Assembly (NCBI GenBank): GCA_002349565.1
Contig: DEDN01000035.1
Coordinates: 4,980 to 68,979 of the forward strand
DNA length: 64,000 bases
Origin: Alphaproteobacteria bacterium UBA2903
GTDB taxonomy: Bacteria > Pseudomonadota > Alphaproteobacteria > CAAGCB01 > CAG-977
Direction: 5' to 3'
Shown here: in pieces, positions 29,039 to 38,209 of the stretch
Position numbering within the stretch: the stretch's first letter is position 1
Layout of the letters: each line of letters starts with the position of its first letter
Position numbers and translations under genes: made by a program
Notes under the pieces: generated by a model
Told to the model about the DNA's origin: nothing
Databases searched by the model: none
What the model saw: the letters and a program-made list of their open reading frames with translations, nothing else

Positions 29039-30424
29039 ATGATTTTTAAACCGATTCTTCCCGAACTGCTGGTTTTGGCGACTGCGCTGACTGCTTTGAT
29101 GTCCCAAGCGTCGCCGCGCAAAGCCGCGCGAATCGTTTTGGCGGGTTTTGCTTTGGCTTTAACCGCTGTTTTGTCGCTGAAAGGACAAAAGCTGTTTTTT
29201 CAAGGCGGGTTGTTTGTTTCGGATGCGTTTGCCGTAACAATCAAGTCCGTTTTGCTAGTTTCCGCGGCTTTTTCCGTTTCATTCGGCGCGGATTGGCTGG
29301 CGTACAAGCGGTTTTCGCGCGGGGAATACGCGGCGTTGATTGCTTTTTCCGTCGCGGGGATGATGCTTGCCGTGTCGGCGAACAGTTTTTTGATGCTGTT
29401 TTTGGGATTGGAAGCGATGCAAACGCCGCTGATTTTCCTGACCGCGTACAAACGTCACGGCGAACGGTCGACCGAAGCCGGAATCAAAGCCGTCATGGCG
29501 GCGCTGATTTCGTCGGGATTGTGGCTGTTCGGCGTGTCCGTGATTTACGCGTGTTTGGGGACGGCGGATTTCGCCCGAATCGCGGTGGCGGACAAAAGTG
29601 CCGTCATGCCCGCGCTGTTGATCGGCGTGTCGTTTGTGACGGCGGGATTTTTCATCAAAGCGGGACAGTCGCCTTTTCATTTATGGCTGCCCGACGTGTA
29701 CGAAGGTGCGCCCGCCCCCGTGACCGCTTTTTACGGAACGACGGTCAGACTTGCCGTGCTGTCCGCCTTTGCCCGTGTGGTTATCGTCCCGTTCGGGGAC
29801 ATTGGTTTTTATTGGCATCCCGTTTTGGAAACCGTTGCCGTTTTGTCGGTGTTCGGCGGGGCTTTGGGACTGCTGGTGCAGACGAATATCAAGCGGTTTG
29901 CCGCTTATGCCGTTGTGATGACAAACGGAATCGCGGTTGCGGCGGCGGCAATGGGCGGCTTTGCGGCGTTTGTGCTGTTTATCGGCATTAACACCGTTTT
30001 GCTGACGGGACTGTTTGCCGTGATGCTGTCTTTGCGCGTCGGCGGGGATTTAAGCGAAGAATTGAAAGTCTTGAAAGGGCAGGGACGCGCAAACGCCGAA
30101 CGCGGCGCGCTGTATTCTTTGGTATTTTTGGGACTGCTGGGACTACCGCCTTTGGCGGGCTTTTGGGCGTATTTCGCGGTGTGGAAAGCGGGGTTTGAAA
30201 GCGGGGCGGCGGTTGTCGTCGTGCTGTTGGCAATCGGCAATATCCTGCCTGCATATGTGTTTTTGAAAATCGTGCGGCAGATGTATTTCTTTGATCCGTC
30301 CGACGAACTGAGCCCCGCGCCCGAACCGATGAAGATCGCCATTGTGTCAAGCGCGGCGACCTCTGTTTTTTTACCGTTCTTTTTGGGCGGTGTGGGACAT
30401 TTGATTGAACAAACGGTGTGGTAA
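29039..30424 (+). CDS. nuoN: NuoN/ND2-like antiporter subunit
   Basis: ...FFIKAGQSPFHLWLPDVYEGAPAPVTAFY...; canonical NuoN motif. Confidence 0.9.
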   Translation: MIFKPILPELLVLATALTALMSQASPRKAARIVLAGFALALTAVLSLKGQKLFFQGGLFVSDAFAVTIKSVLLVSAAFSVSFGADWLAYKRFSRGEYAALIAFSVAGMMLAVSANSFLMLFLGLEAMQTPLIFLTAYKRHGERSTEAGIKAVMAALISSGLWLFGVSVIYACLGTADFARIAVADKSAVMPALLIGVSFVTAGFFIKAGQSPFHLWLPDVYEGAPAPVTAFYGTTVRLAVLSAFARVVIVPFGDIGFYWHPVLETVAVLSVFGGALGLLVQTNIKRFAAYAVVMTNGIAVAAAAMGGFAAFVLFIGINTVLLTGLFAVMLSLRVGGDLSEELKVLKGQGRANAERGALYSLVFLGLLGLPPLAGFWAYFAVWKAGFESGAAVVVVLLAIGNILPAYVFLKIVRQMYFFDPSDELSPAPEPMKIAIVSSAATSVFLPFFLGGVGHLIEQTVW

Positions 30425-30425
30425 A

Positions 30426-31118
30426 ATGGAAATTATTTTTAAAGAATCGACTCAAAGCACGAACGAAGACGCCAAAGCTTTGCCCGAAAACGCCGATCAT
30501 ATCGCTGTTTGCGCGAAAACGCAGACGGGCGGACACGGGCGGCTGGGGCGCAAATGGATAAGCCCCGCGGGCAATCTGTACGTTTCGTTCTGCATCCGCT
30601 TGGACAACTTGGCGGCGGCGGGAAATTACAGTTTTTTGTCGGCGGTGGCGCTGGCGCAGGCTTTGGAAAGCTTCGGACTGAAGCCGCAATGCAAGTGGCC
30701 GAACGATTTGCTGATTGACGGCAAAAAAGTGTCGGGCATTTTGCTGGAAACCGACGGGAAAAGCCGCCTGATTGTCGGAATCGGCGTGAACCTGCTTCCC
30801 GTCGAGGCGGAAAATCTGCTCTACCCCGTCACGTCTTTGGCAAACGAAGGCGTCGAAACAACGCCGCGGGAAGTGCTTTCGCGGCTGGTCGAATGCTTTG
30901 AAGCGTTTGAAAAACTGCCGTTTTCAGCCGTTTTGGACGGCTGGCGGCAAAGGGCGTACGGCTTGGGGCAGCCGATAACGGTCAATCTGCCGACGGGGAA
31001 AGTGCAGGGAACTTTTTACGGGCTTGATAATGACGGCGTGTTGCTGTTAAAGTGCGGGCAACAAATTATGCGAATCACCGCCGGCGATGTGTTTTTCGGC
31101 GAACAGGGAAAGAAGTAA
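30426..31118 (+). CDS. birA: Biotin--[acetyl-CoA-carboxylase] ligase
   Basis: MEIIFKESTQSTNEDAK..., GGHGRLGRKWISPAGNLYVS, KWPNDLLIDGKKVSGILLE. ATG 2 nt after the nuoN stop. Confidence 0.9.
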   Translation: MEIIFKESTQSTNEDAKALPENADHIAVCAKTQTGGHGRLGRKWISPAGNLYVSFCIRLDNLAAAGNYSFLSAVALAQALESFGLKPQCKWPNDLLIDGKKVSGILLETDGKSRLIVGIGVNLLPVEAENLLYPVTSLANEGVETTPREVLSRLVECFEAFEKLPFSAVLDGWRQRAYGLGQPITVNLPTGKVQGTFYGLDNDGVLLLKCGQQIMRITAGDVFFGEQGKK

Positions 31119-31122
31119 GGTT

Positions 31123-32796
31123 ATGGAAACAGAAGCACCTCAATATATCGACGTTCCGAAACAGGGATTGTTTTTCGTCCCGCTGGGCGGGGTCGGCGAA
31201 ATCGGCATGAACTTCGGATTGTACGCGTGCGACGATAAATGGATTGCCGTCGATTGCGGCGTCGGATTCGCGGGCGACAGACTGCCGGGGGTGGATATGC
31301 TGATTCCCGACGCGTCGTTTGCCGCTTCGATTGCGCCGAAAATCAAAGCGCTGATTATCACCCACGCGCACGAAGACCACATCGGCGCGGTCGGGCTGTT
31401 ATGGCGCGACTTGAAATGCCCGATTTACGCGACGCCTTTTGCGGCGGAAATGCTGGAAACGCGGCTGGACGAAGCGGGATTGCTGGGGCGCGCGCCCGTC
31501 GAAATCGTCAACGAGGGCGATTATATCGATTTGAAGCCCTTTGAAGTCGAGCTTGTTCCGATGAACCATTCGATTCCCGAAGCGACGTCGCTTTTGATTA
31601 AAACGCCTTACGGTTCCGTTTTTCACACGGGCGACTGGCGTTTCGACGAAGACCCGATTGTCGGCAAAGCTCCCGACTACAACGCTTTGAAAGAATTGAA
31701 AAAAGAACACGTTTTGGCGCTGGTCGGCGATTCGACGAATGTGTTTGTCGAAGAAGACGTTCCCACCGAAACCGAAGTGCGCGATTCTTTGGTGGACGTG
31801 TTCGCCAAAGCCAAAGGGCGCGGGCTGGTCGTGACGTGCTTTGCGTCGAACGTCGGGCGGCTGGAAAGCATTGCTTACGCCGCGGCGAAAAACGGGCGCG
31901 AAGTCTGCCTGATGGGGCGGTCGCTGTGGCGCGTCGAAGGCGCGGGCAGGGCGGCGGGCTATTTCCGCGGAATCAACGTGTTTTTGACGGACGAGGAAGC
32001 GTCGACTTATCATCCGTCCGAAGTCGTTTATGTCTGTACGGGCTGTCAGGGCGAACCGCGTTCGGCGATGAACAATCTGTCCTACGGCGTCGGCATGGTG
32101 CGGCTGAACAAGGACGATGTTGTCGTATTTTCGTCGCGCGTCATTCCGGGCAATGAACAGGCGATTGCGAACTTGCAGAACCGTTTGCTGGCGCGGGGCG
32201 TTCAGCTGGTGACGACCAAGGACGCTTTGGTGCATGTTTCGGGGCATTCTGGCAAAAAGGATATGAAAAAGCTTTATTCTTTCATTCAGCCCGAAATCGC
32301 CGTTCCCGTTCACGGCGAAACCGCGCATTTGTTTGAACATGCCGATTTGGCGAAAGAATGCGGCGTCAAGCAGGTTTGCTTGATTAAAGACGGCGACGTG
32401 CTGCGTCTTGCCCCCGAACCCGCCGAAGTCATCGGCGAAGTACAAACGGGCGTGATGGCGATTGACGGCAAGAAAATCATTCCCGTCAATTCGGGCGTAT
32501 TGCGTCAGCGCCGCCGCATGATAGAGGACGGCAGCGTCGTTGCTACGGTCGTTTTGGATAAAAAGGGCGGTGTCATGGGACAGGCGCAGTTTTCGGCGGT
32601 CGGACTGATGGAGCAGGACAGCCCCGAATTCGCGCAGATGGACGCGGCGATAAAGGCGGCGCTGGAAAAAATGCCGCCCGAAGCCCGCGCGGACGATAAA
32701 ACGGTCGTCGACACGGTGAAATCCTGCGTACGCAAAGTCGTGATGGAATCGTGCGGTCGCCGTCCGATGGTCGACGTGCATTTGGTTCGCGTGTGA
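31123..32796 (+). CDS. rnj: Ribonuclease J (metallo-beta-lactamase / beta-CASP)
   Basis: ...FVPLGGVGEIGMNF..., ITHAHEDHIGAV, ...HVSGHSGKKDM... Confidence 0.92.
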   Translation: METEAPQYIDVPKQGLFFVPLGGVGEIGMNFGLYACDDKWIAVDCGVGFAGDRLPGVDMLIPDASFAASIAPKIKALIITHAHEDHIGAVGLLWRDLKCPIYATPFAAEMLETRLDEAGLLGRAPVEIVNEGDYIDLKPFEVELVPMNHSIPEATSLLIKTPYGSVFHTGDWRFDEDPIVGKAPDYNALKELKKEHVLALVGDSTNVFVEEDVPTETEVRDSLVDVFAKAKGRGLVVTCFASNVGRLESIAYAAAKNGREVCLMGRSLWRVEGAGRAAGYFRGINVFLTDEEASTYHPSEVVYVCTGCQGEPRSAMNNLSYGVGMVRLNKDDVVVFSSRVIPGNEQAIANLQNRLLARGVQLVTTKDALVHVSGHSGKKDMKKLYSFIQPEIAVPVHGETAHLFEHADLAKECGVKQVCLIKDGDVLRLAPEPAEVIGEVQTGVMAIDGKKIIPVNSGVLRQRRRMIEDGSVVATVVLDKKGGVMGQAQFSAVGLMEQDSPEFAQMDAAIKAALEKMPPEARADDKTVVDTVKSCVRKVVMESCGRRPMVDVHLVRV

Positions 32797-33155
32797 TGAA
32801 ACGTTTGGCCGCCGCTTTGTTGCTGTTGTCGGCAAAGCCACTGTGCGCCGAAACGGTGGCGTTTTCCCCCTCCGGCTGTGCAAAGCTGGCGGACTATGTC
32901 GCGGGCGTTTCGACGACGGGCAAAACGGTTGCGCCCGCCGATTTGGACGGCGGGTATCGGATTCTTGCGCCGACGGATTTTTCGTTGCCCGTACACGTCG
33001 ATTTGATACAAAATTACGGCTTTTACGAATCGGAACTGCATTACGGAAAAATTCCCGTTGCGACGGTTGAAGTCAAAGACGGACGCGTGTTTTTGAACGG
33101 CAAAGCGATAGAAAACACCGACGCGGATCAGATCGCCAAAGCGTGCGGGAATTAA
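32796..33155 (+). CDS. Small secreted hypothetical protein
   Basis: TGATG overlap with rnj. Signal peptide MKRLAAALLLLSAKPLCAE. 119 aa. Confidence 0.55.
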   Translation: MKRLAAALLLLSAKPLCAETVAFSPSGCAKLADYVAGVSTTGKTVAPADLDGGYRILAPTDFSLPVHVDLIQNYGFYESELHYGKIPVATVEVKDGRVFLNGKAIENTDADQIAKACGN

Positions 33156-33182
33156 AAAAGCCCTTTTTTCAAGGGCTTTTTT
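33154..33182. terminator. Bidirectional Rho-independent terminator
   Basis: A-run, then gccctt-ttttc-aagggc, then a T-run, between convergent genes. Confidence 0.75.
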
Positions 33183-33187
33183 GTATT

Positions 33188-34348
33188 TCAAAGGGTGTCG
33201 ATCAAATCGATTCGGCATTTTTTCGGATTGTAAGCGAATCCTATTTTTCCCGCTTTCAGCTGTTCGGCGTATTTTCCGAACACTTCGTACCGCCATCCCG
33301 ACATCAGGGGCGAATTTGGATCTTTGTCCGCCGCCAATTTGTCCAGATCATCAAAATTTGCGATCAGCTTTTCCGCAACGCCGCTTTCCGCCGATTTAAT
33401 CATTAACAGCAGTTTCAGCATTTTTGCGACGGCGCGGGCATGACGGGGCAGCTCGAACGGCTTGGGCAATTCGGGATAAGTCGATACGTCGGAAGCCAGC
33501 ACATCATGGATTTTGGTCAGAATCTCGCGTCCCGTGCAGCTGTTGGCAAAGCCGTTCGGAATACCGCGCAGGGCGTTCAGTTCGTCTGCCGAGCGCGGGG
33601 CGTTCGTTGCGATTTCCAACAGAATTTCGTCACGCAAAATATGCTTGCGCGGACGGTTCAGACGGCGGGCTTCCTCTTCGCGGTAAGCCGCCAAAGCGCG
33701 GCACAATGCCAGCGTGCGTCTGTCCGTCGAATTGATTTTCAGCCGTTTCCACATTTCAAACGGGTTTGTTTCGTATGTTTCGGGATTTGTCAGTTTTTTG
33801 ATATCGTCCGCCAGCCAATCGATACGCCCGTTTTCCCGCAAAGTTTCCAGCATTTTTTCGTATACGTCGCGCAAATGCGTTACATCCGCCTGCGCATACT
33901 TGATTTGCTTTTCGGTCAAGGGACGGCGAGACCAATCCGTAAAGCGCATGGATTTGTCAAGCTCGATTCCCAGCAGTTTTTGCACCAGATTTTGGTAACT
34001 GACCGATTCGCCAAAGCCGCAAACCATTGCCGCCGCTTGCGTATCGAAGACGGGAGTCGGCGTTTTATGACTCAGGTTGTAAAAAATTTCGATATCCTGA
34101 TGCGCGGCGTGGAATACTTTGACCACGTTTTCGTTTTGCATCAAATCGAAAAAAGGCTGCAAATCCAATCCGTCCGCCAGCGGATCGATGCACGCCGCTT
34201 CGTCCCTTGACGCGATTTGTATCAGGCATACCTGCGGCCAATAGGTTTTTTCGCGGATAAATTCGGTGTCAACGGTGACGTAAGGATATTCCGCCAGCCG
34301 TTTGCACAAGTCTGTCAAGTCCGTTGTTGTTTGGATGAATTTGCACAT
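33188..34348 (-). CDS. rnd: Ribonuclease D
   Basis: 386 aa. DEDD exonuclease motifs ...YVTVDTEFIREKTYWPQVCLIQIA..., ...YAQADVTHL..., and a C-terminal HRDC-like region. Confidence 0.92.
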   Translation of the reverse strand: MCKFIQTTTDLTDLCKRLAEYPYVTVDTEFIREKTYWPQVCLIQIASRDEAACIDPLADGLDLQPFFDLMQNENVVKVFHAAHQDIEIFYNLSHKTPTPVFDTQAAAMVCGFGESVSYQNLVQKLLGIELDKSMRFTDWSRRPLTEKQIKYAQADVTHLRDVYEKMLETLRENGRIDWLADDIKKLTNPETYETNPFEMWKRLKINSTDRRTLALCRALAAYREEEARRLNRPRKHILRDEILLEIATNAPRSADELNALRGIPNGFANSCTGREILTKIHDVLASDVSTYPELPKPFELPRHARAVAKMLKLLLMIKSAESGVAEKLIANFDDLDKLAADKDPNSPLMSGWRYEVFGKYAEQLKAGKIGFAYNPKKCRIDLIDTL

Positions 34349-34454
34349 AGTCTTTTTTTGCCGTTAATAATGAATCTTGTTCTTTGTTTTAATGCCTGAA
34401 AACGAAAAAGGAAACAAATTTATCGTGAAATTTGTTCTTTCGGTGTTTTTTGTT

Positions 34455-34463
34455 TGGTATACT
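34455..34463 (+). promoter_or_regulatory. Candidate extended -10 element (TGgTATACT) for the Cys-rich protein gene
   Basis: tggtatact lies 23 nt upstream of the ATG at 34486. No good -35 element at proper spacing. Confidence 0.3.
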
Positions 34464-34485
34464 GGGGAAAAAGGAGAAAAAGCTT

Positions 34486-35136
34486 ATGCTTAAAACGGTT
34501 CTGGGATTGCTTGCTGTGCTGAATACGGCGGATGCTTGCGCCAAAACGCTGAAATTGGGGGATATGATCAACAACCCGACACCAGCCGCCGCCAAACGCG
34601 TCCGATTGAAAGGGGAAATGCCCGAAATTTCGTGTCTGTCCAACGACGACTGCCCGTTTGACCGCGAATGCGTCGCTTTGCGGTGTTTGGACGTTTGCAC
34701 GAAAGATACTTGTTCGGAACCGAAAAAATGCATTGCCCATAAAAAGCGTCCGCATGAATATATGTGCGTCGATTGCGTATACGATTCCCATTGTGAAAAG
34801 GGATTCGAATGTTCGCGCGAAACGTTTACCTGCGTTGAAAAAGACGTTTGCCGCGACGCCGTTTGTTCGCCCGCCGCGCCGTACTGCATCCAAGTCCCTT
34901 ACAAAACTTTGCCGTACACATGCGTGCAATGCCTGACGGACGAGCATTGTCCGCCTGTTTCGGGGCTGAGCCGTTCCTGCATCGACAATTTTTGCTTGTT
35001 CAACGTCGAAAACAACATTCCCCGCAAAACCGAACGGAAAACAACGGATTTGATTCAGACCGAGGACGATCCTTTGTACGAAACGGAAGAATCCCTTTAC
35101 GAGCCGGAGGCGGATACCGAAACCTACGGCGATTAA
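34486..35136 (+). CDS. Secreted cysteine-rich repeat protein with an acidic Tyr-containing tail
   Basis: AAGGAG RBS and a signal peptide MLKTVLGLLAVLNTADA. Three CxxD/ExxC...C repeats. Tail ...DPLYETEESLYEPEADTETYGD. Confidence 0.65.
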   Translation: MLKTVLGLLAVLNTADACAKTLKLGDMINNPTPAAAKRVRLKGEMPEISCLSNDDCPFDRECVALRCLDVCTKDTCSEPKKCIAHKKRPHEYMCVDCVYDSHCEKGFECSRETFTCVEKDVCRDAVCSPAAPYCIQVPYKTLPYTCVQCLTDEHCPPVSGLSRSCIDNFCLFNVENNIPRKTERKTTDLIQTEDDPLYETEESLYEPEADTETYGD

Positions 35137-36785
35137 AACAGCGCCAAAGCGATAGCCTGCACGGTCAGAATGCGCAAAGTCAGCGTCAGCGGATAAACGC
35201 TGCTGTACCCCAGCGGAGCGGCATCCGTTCCCGCCATATTCAAAATGAACGTCATGGACGGCAGGTTCGTTGTCGAACCCGACAAAGTGCCGCACAGCGT
35301 CAGATAGTTCATCTTTTTATAGCCGCGCATAAAGACTCCGACCGCCAGCAGAGGAATAACCGTTATCAGAATGCCCAGTCCGATAAGCTTGACGCCTTCC
35401 ATACTGGACACCAGCGGGAAAAATCCCGCGCCCGAAGACAGTCCGACCATGCCCAGAAACAGGATGATGCCGAATTCCTTGAACGCGTTTAAAACAATAG
35501 TCGGCGTGTAAAAAATGATGCGTCCCAAAGAACCGCGGTAGGACAGCAGCAAAGCCGTCAGCAGCGGACCGCCCGACGTTCCCAAGCGGATGGGCGTCGA
35601 CAACCCCGGAATGTGGAACGGAATCAGCCCGAACAAAATGCCCAGCATCATACCGATAAAGAACGGAATGAAACGCGTGGAGTTCAACGCTTCGCGGCTG
35701 TTGCCCAAATAGCGCACCAGCGGCAGCACGTCAACCGCTTTGCCCACAACGACGACGCAATCGCCGTACGCCAGCTTCAAATCGGGCGTTGGGGAATGGG
35801 AAATGCCGTTGCGGATGACGCGGGAAATCACCCAATGGTGACGGACGTCGCCCATGATTTTCTTTAACGGTTTGCCGACGCGGCGGGGTTTGGTGACATA
35901 AATGTTCGACGATTGGATTTGTTCCGCGCTTTCTTTCATCAAATCGCGTTTCGGATCGACTTGGAACAAAATCGACACGGTGGAAAAGAACGTCTTGGGT
36001 CCGAACAGCAGCAAAACATCGCCGACCTGCAAAGTCGTGTGTTCATGCGGAACGATGTATTCGTCCCCGCGCTTCATCCGCGAAACCGCCATGGAGTAAT
36101 GAATCATCTTTAGGAAGTGACCGACTTCGATGCCGTTGAAGTTCGGATTGTTGACAACGACGTTAAAGCCCTCCATATGGGGATTTTCCTCCGCCTTTTG
36201 GTATTCGTAGGAAGCGACTTCGTCCGTGATGTTGATGCGGAAAGCGGATTTCAAAAACGCGAAAACGCAAATCGTACAGACAATCGTAATCGGATATGCC
36301 ATGGCGTAAGTCATGCTGCTTTGCGAAACTTTGTCGGGGGTAATGCCCAATTCAGCCAAAATCTGCTGCCCCGCGCCCAAAGCGGGCGTGCTGGTGACCG
36401 CGCCCGAATAAAGCCCGACCAGCTGCGACAAATCCATAAAGCCGAATTTTCCGATGATGTAAGTAACGATTGACCCGATAACCACGACCGCCAACGCCAT
36501 CAGGTTCATCACGATGCCGTTGCGCTTCAGGCTGGAAAAAATGTTGGGACCGACCGTCAGCCCCATGGAATAAATGAACAAAATCAATCCGAATTCGCGC
36601 AAAAAGCCGAGCGTCGTTGCGTCCAAAACGACATTGTGGGCGTTCAGGAAATATCCCAAAATCAGCCCCGCGAACAGAACGCCGCCCGATCCGATGCTGA
36701 TTCCCCGCACCTTGACCGAACCCAGAAAGATTCCCGAAAACGCTGTCAGACAAAAGCACAAAATAGTAATAACGGTCGTAGTCAT
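35133..36785 (-). CDS. Putative transporter of the AspT/YidE/YbjL family (duplicated permease domain plus RCK_C/TrkA-C domains)
   Basis: 550 aa from MTTTVITIL.... ...GISIGSGGVLFAGLILGYF... is repeated in the C-terminal half (...RLGTSGGPLLTALLLSY...). Confidence 0.85.
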   Translation of the reverse strand: MTTTVITILCFCLTAFSGIFLGSVKVRGISIGSGGVLFAGLILGYFLNAHNVVLDATTLGFLREFGLILFIYSMGLTVGPNIFSSLKRNGIVMNLMALAVVVIGSIVTYIIGKFGFMDLSQLVGLYSGAVTSTPALGAGQQILAELGITPDKVSQSSMTYAMAYPITIVCTICVFAFLKSAFRINITDEVASYEYQKAEENPHMEGFNVVVNNPNFNGIEVGHFLKMIHYSMAVSRMKRGDEYIVPHEHTTLQVGDVLLLFGPKTFFSTVSILFQVDPKRDLMKESAEQIQSSNIYVTKPRRVGKPLKKIMGDVRHHWVISRVIRNGISHSPTPDLKLAYGDCVVVVGKAVDVLPLVRYLGNSREALNSTRFIPFFIGMMLGILFGLIPFHIPGLSTPIRLGTSGGPLLTALLLSYRGSLGRIIFYTPTIVLNAFKEFGIILFLGMVGLSSGAGFFPLVSSMEGVKLIGLGILITVIPLLAVGVFMRGYKKMNYLTLCGTLSGSTTNLPSMTFILNMAGTDAAPLGYSSVYPLTLTLRILTVQAIALALF

Positions 36786-36958
36786 ATCGTTTAATTCCAA
36801 AAGGTTAAAACAGTAAAATGATACGCTTTCGTATCGAAAAAGGAAAGAGGTATTTATCAAGTTTTTCGGGGATTTGTAATGTCAAAACGGAAAAATCCGT
36901 TGCATTTTGTCCAAAATACGGCTAATGTGGAAAAAATAAACTTTCAAAGGGGGTTCCT

Positions 36959-38140
36959 ATGGGGATTTTGTCGGATTTGTTTTCGGGCAAACACAGACGC
37001 GAACAGGCGGTCGAGCGGATGAAAGCGAACGCCGCCGCTTTTGCGTTCGCGGGGATAAGCATTTTAAGCCCGATGAAAGCGTTCGGGCAAAACACGGCGC
37101 AGACATCCGCCGAAAAAGCGAAAACGGAACAGGTCGATTCCGTTGCGAAACAGGTCAAATTCGCGGATGCCAACGTCCAAGCCGCCGCCGAACGCATGAT
37201 GAAATCCCCGACGGGGCGCAAAGTGCTGGAGGGACTGCACGCGCTGAACATCGAAGTTTCCTACGATTCGTCGGTCAGCGAGGATTTGGGCGGCTATTAT
37301 TTCGTTCCCGCGCGTAAAATCCTGCTGAACTCCAACTGTTCCGACGATTTGCTGGCGTCCATTCTGGTCCACGAGGGGACGCATGCTTTGCAAGCCGCCA
37401 ACGGCTGCCGAATCGGCGCATGGCTGGACATGCAGACCTATTTTTCGATGAACAAAGCGATGGAAGCCGATGCGATGAAAAATCAGGTTTTTGCCGCTTA
37501 CGAATTGAAAGAGCAGGGCGACAAATCCGTTTTCAACGCGTTCGAACGCGATCGTCCGTCGCTGGCAAAGGCTTATTTGGATTTGCGCGAAACGTACAAG
37601 GACAACTCCGATTCGCTGGCAAAGTATACGATGCTGGCGTATTACAAAGATTACGCTTACGTCAAAACGTACGAAAACCGCTATGTCAAGGCGATTTCCA
37701 CCTTTAACGACATGGCAAAGCCGCAAGCCATCGGCGGCGCGTTCCAGCAGCATTTGAGCGAAGCCGAAATCATCAAGCGGGTTTGTCAGCTGGACGGCAA
37801 GAACTATATGCAGCCCGCCGATTCGGTGTATCTGCAAAGCGCGGATTGCAATTATGTGCAGAAAAGCACCTATAAAAGTCTGGCTAAAATCGCCGAAAAA
37901 TTCGCCAAGAAAGTCGGTGAAGCCGGATTTTACAAGGCGGACAACTCGTACGCCAATCTGTATGTTGTCGATTACAGGGGAAAATTGGTCGAAGGCATGC
38001 CGCAGCCGAAAGTTTCCCTGACCGCAGGACAAAAAGGACAGCCCGTCAGCGGAAAAGCAAGCAATAAACAGCCCACGCGTTTGCCGCAGCGCCGCCGCCC
38101 ATCAAATTTCCGCGTTCCTTTCAGACGGGACGGGCGGTAA
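36959..38140 (+). CDS. Hypothetical HExxH protein, paralog of 6530..7828
   Basis: 393 aa. ...KILLNSNCSDDLLASILVHEGTHALQ parallels ...KILLNPSMPNEDLVATLVHEARHAQQ. Both proteins begin MGIL. Confidence 0.7.
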   Translation: MGILSDLFSGKHRREQAVERMKANAAAFAFAGISILSPMKAFGQNTAQTSAEKAKTEQVDSVAKQVKFADANVQAAAERMMKSPTGRKVLEGLHALNIEVSYDSSVSEDLGGYYFVPARKILLNSNCSDDLLASILVHEGTHALQAANGCRIGAWLDMQTYFSMNKAMEADAMKNQVFAAYELKEQGDKSVFNAFERDRPSLAKAYLDLRETYKDNSDSLAKYTMLAYYKDYAYVKTYENRYVKAISTFNDMAKPQAIGGAFQQHLSEAEIIKRVCQLDGKNYMQPADSVYLQSADCNYVQKSTYKSLAKIAEKFAKKVGEAGFYKADNSYANLYVVDYRGKLVEGMPQPKVSLTAGQKGQPVSGKASNKQPTRLPQRRRPSNFRVPFRRDGR

Positions 38141-38209
38141 AAAATCCTTTTGAAAATCGGGGCTTTGCGCTAAACTGCCGCCTGTCGTTTTTTCGAAAGG
38201 AGTGTTCCG

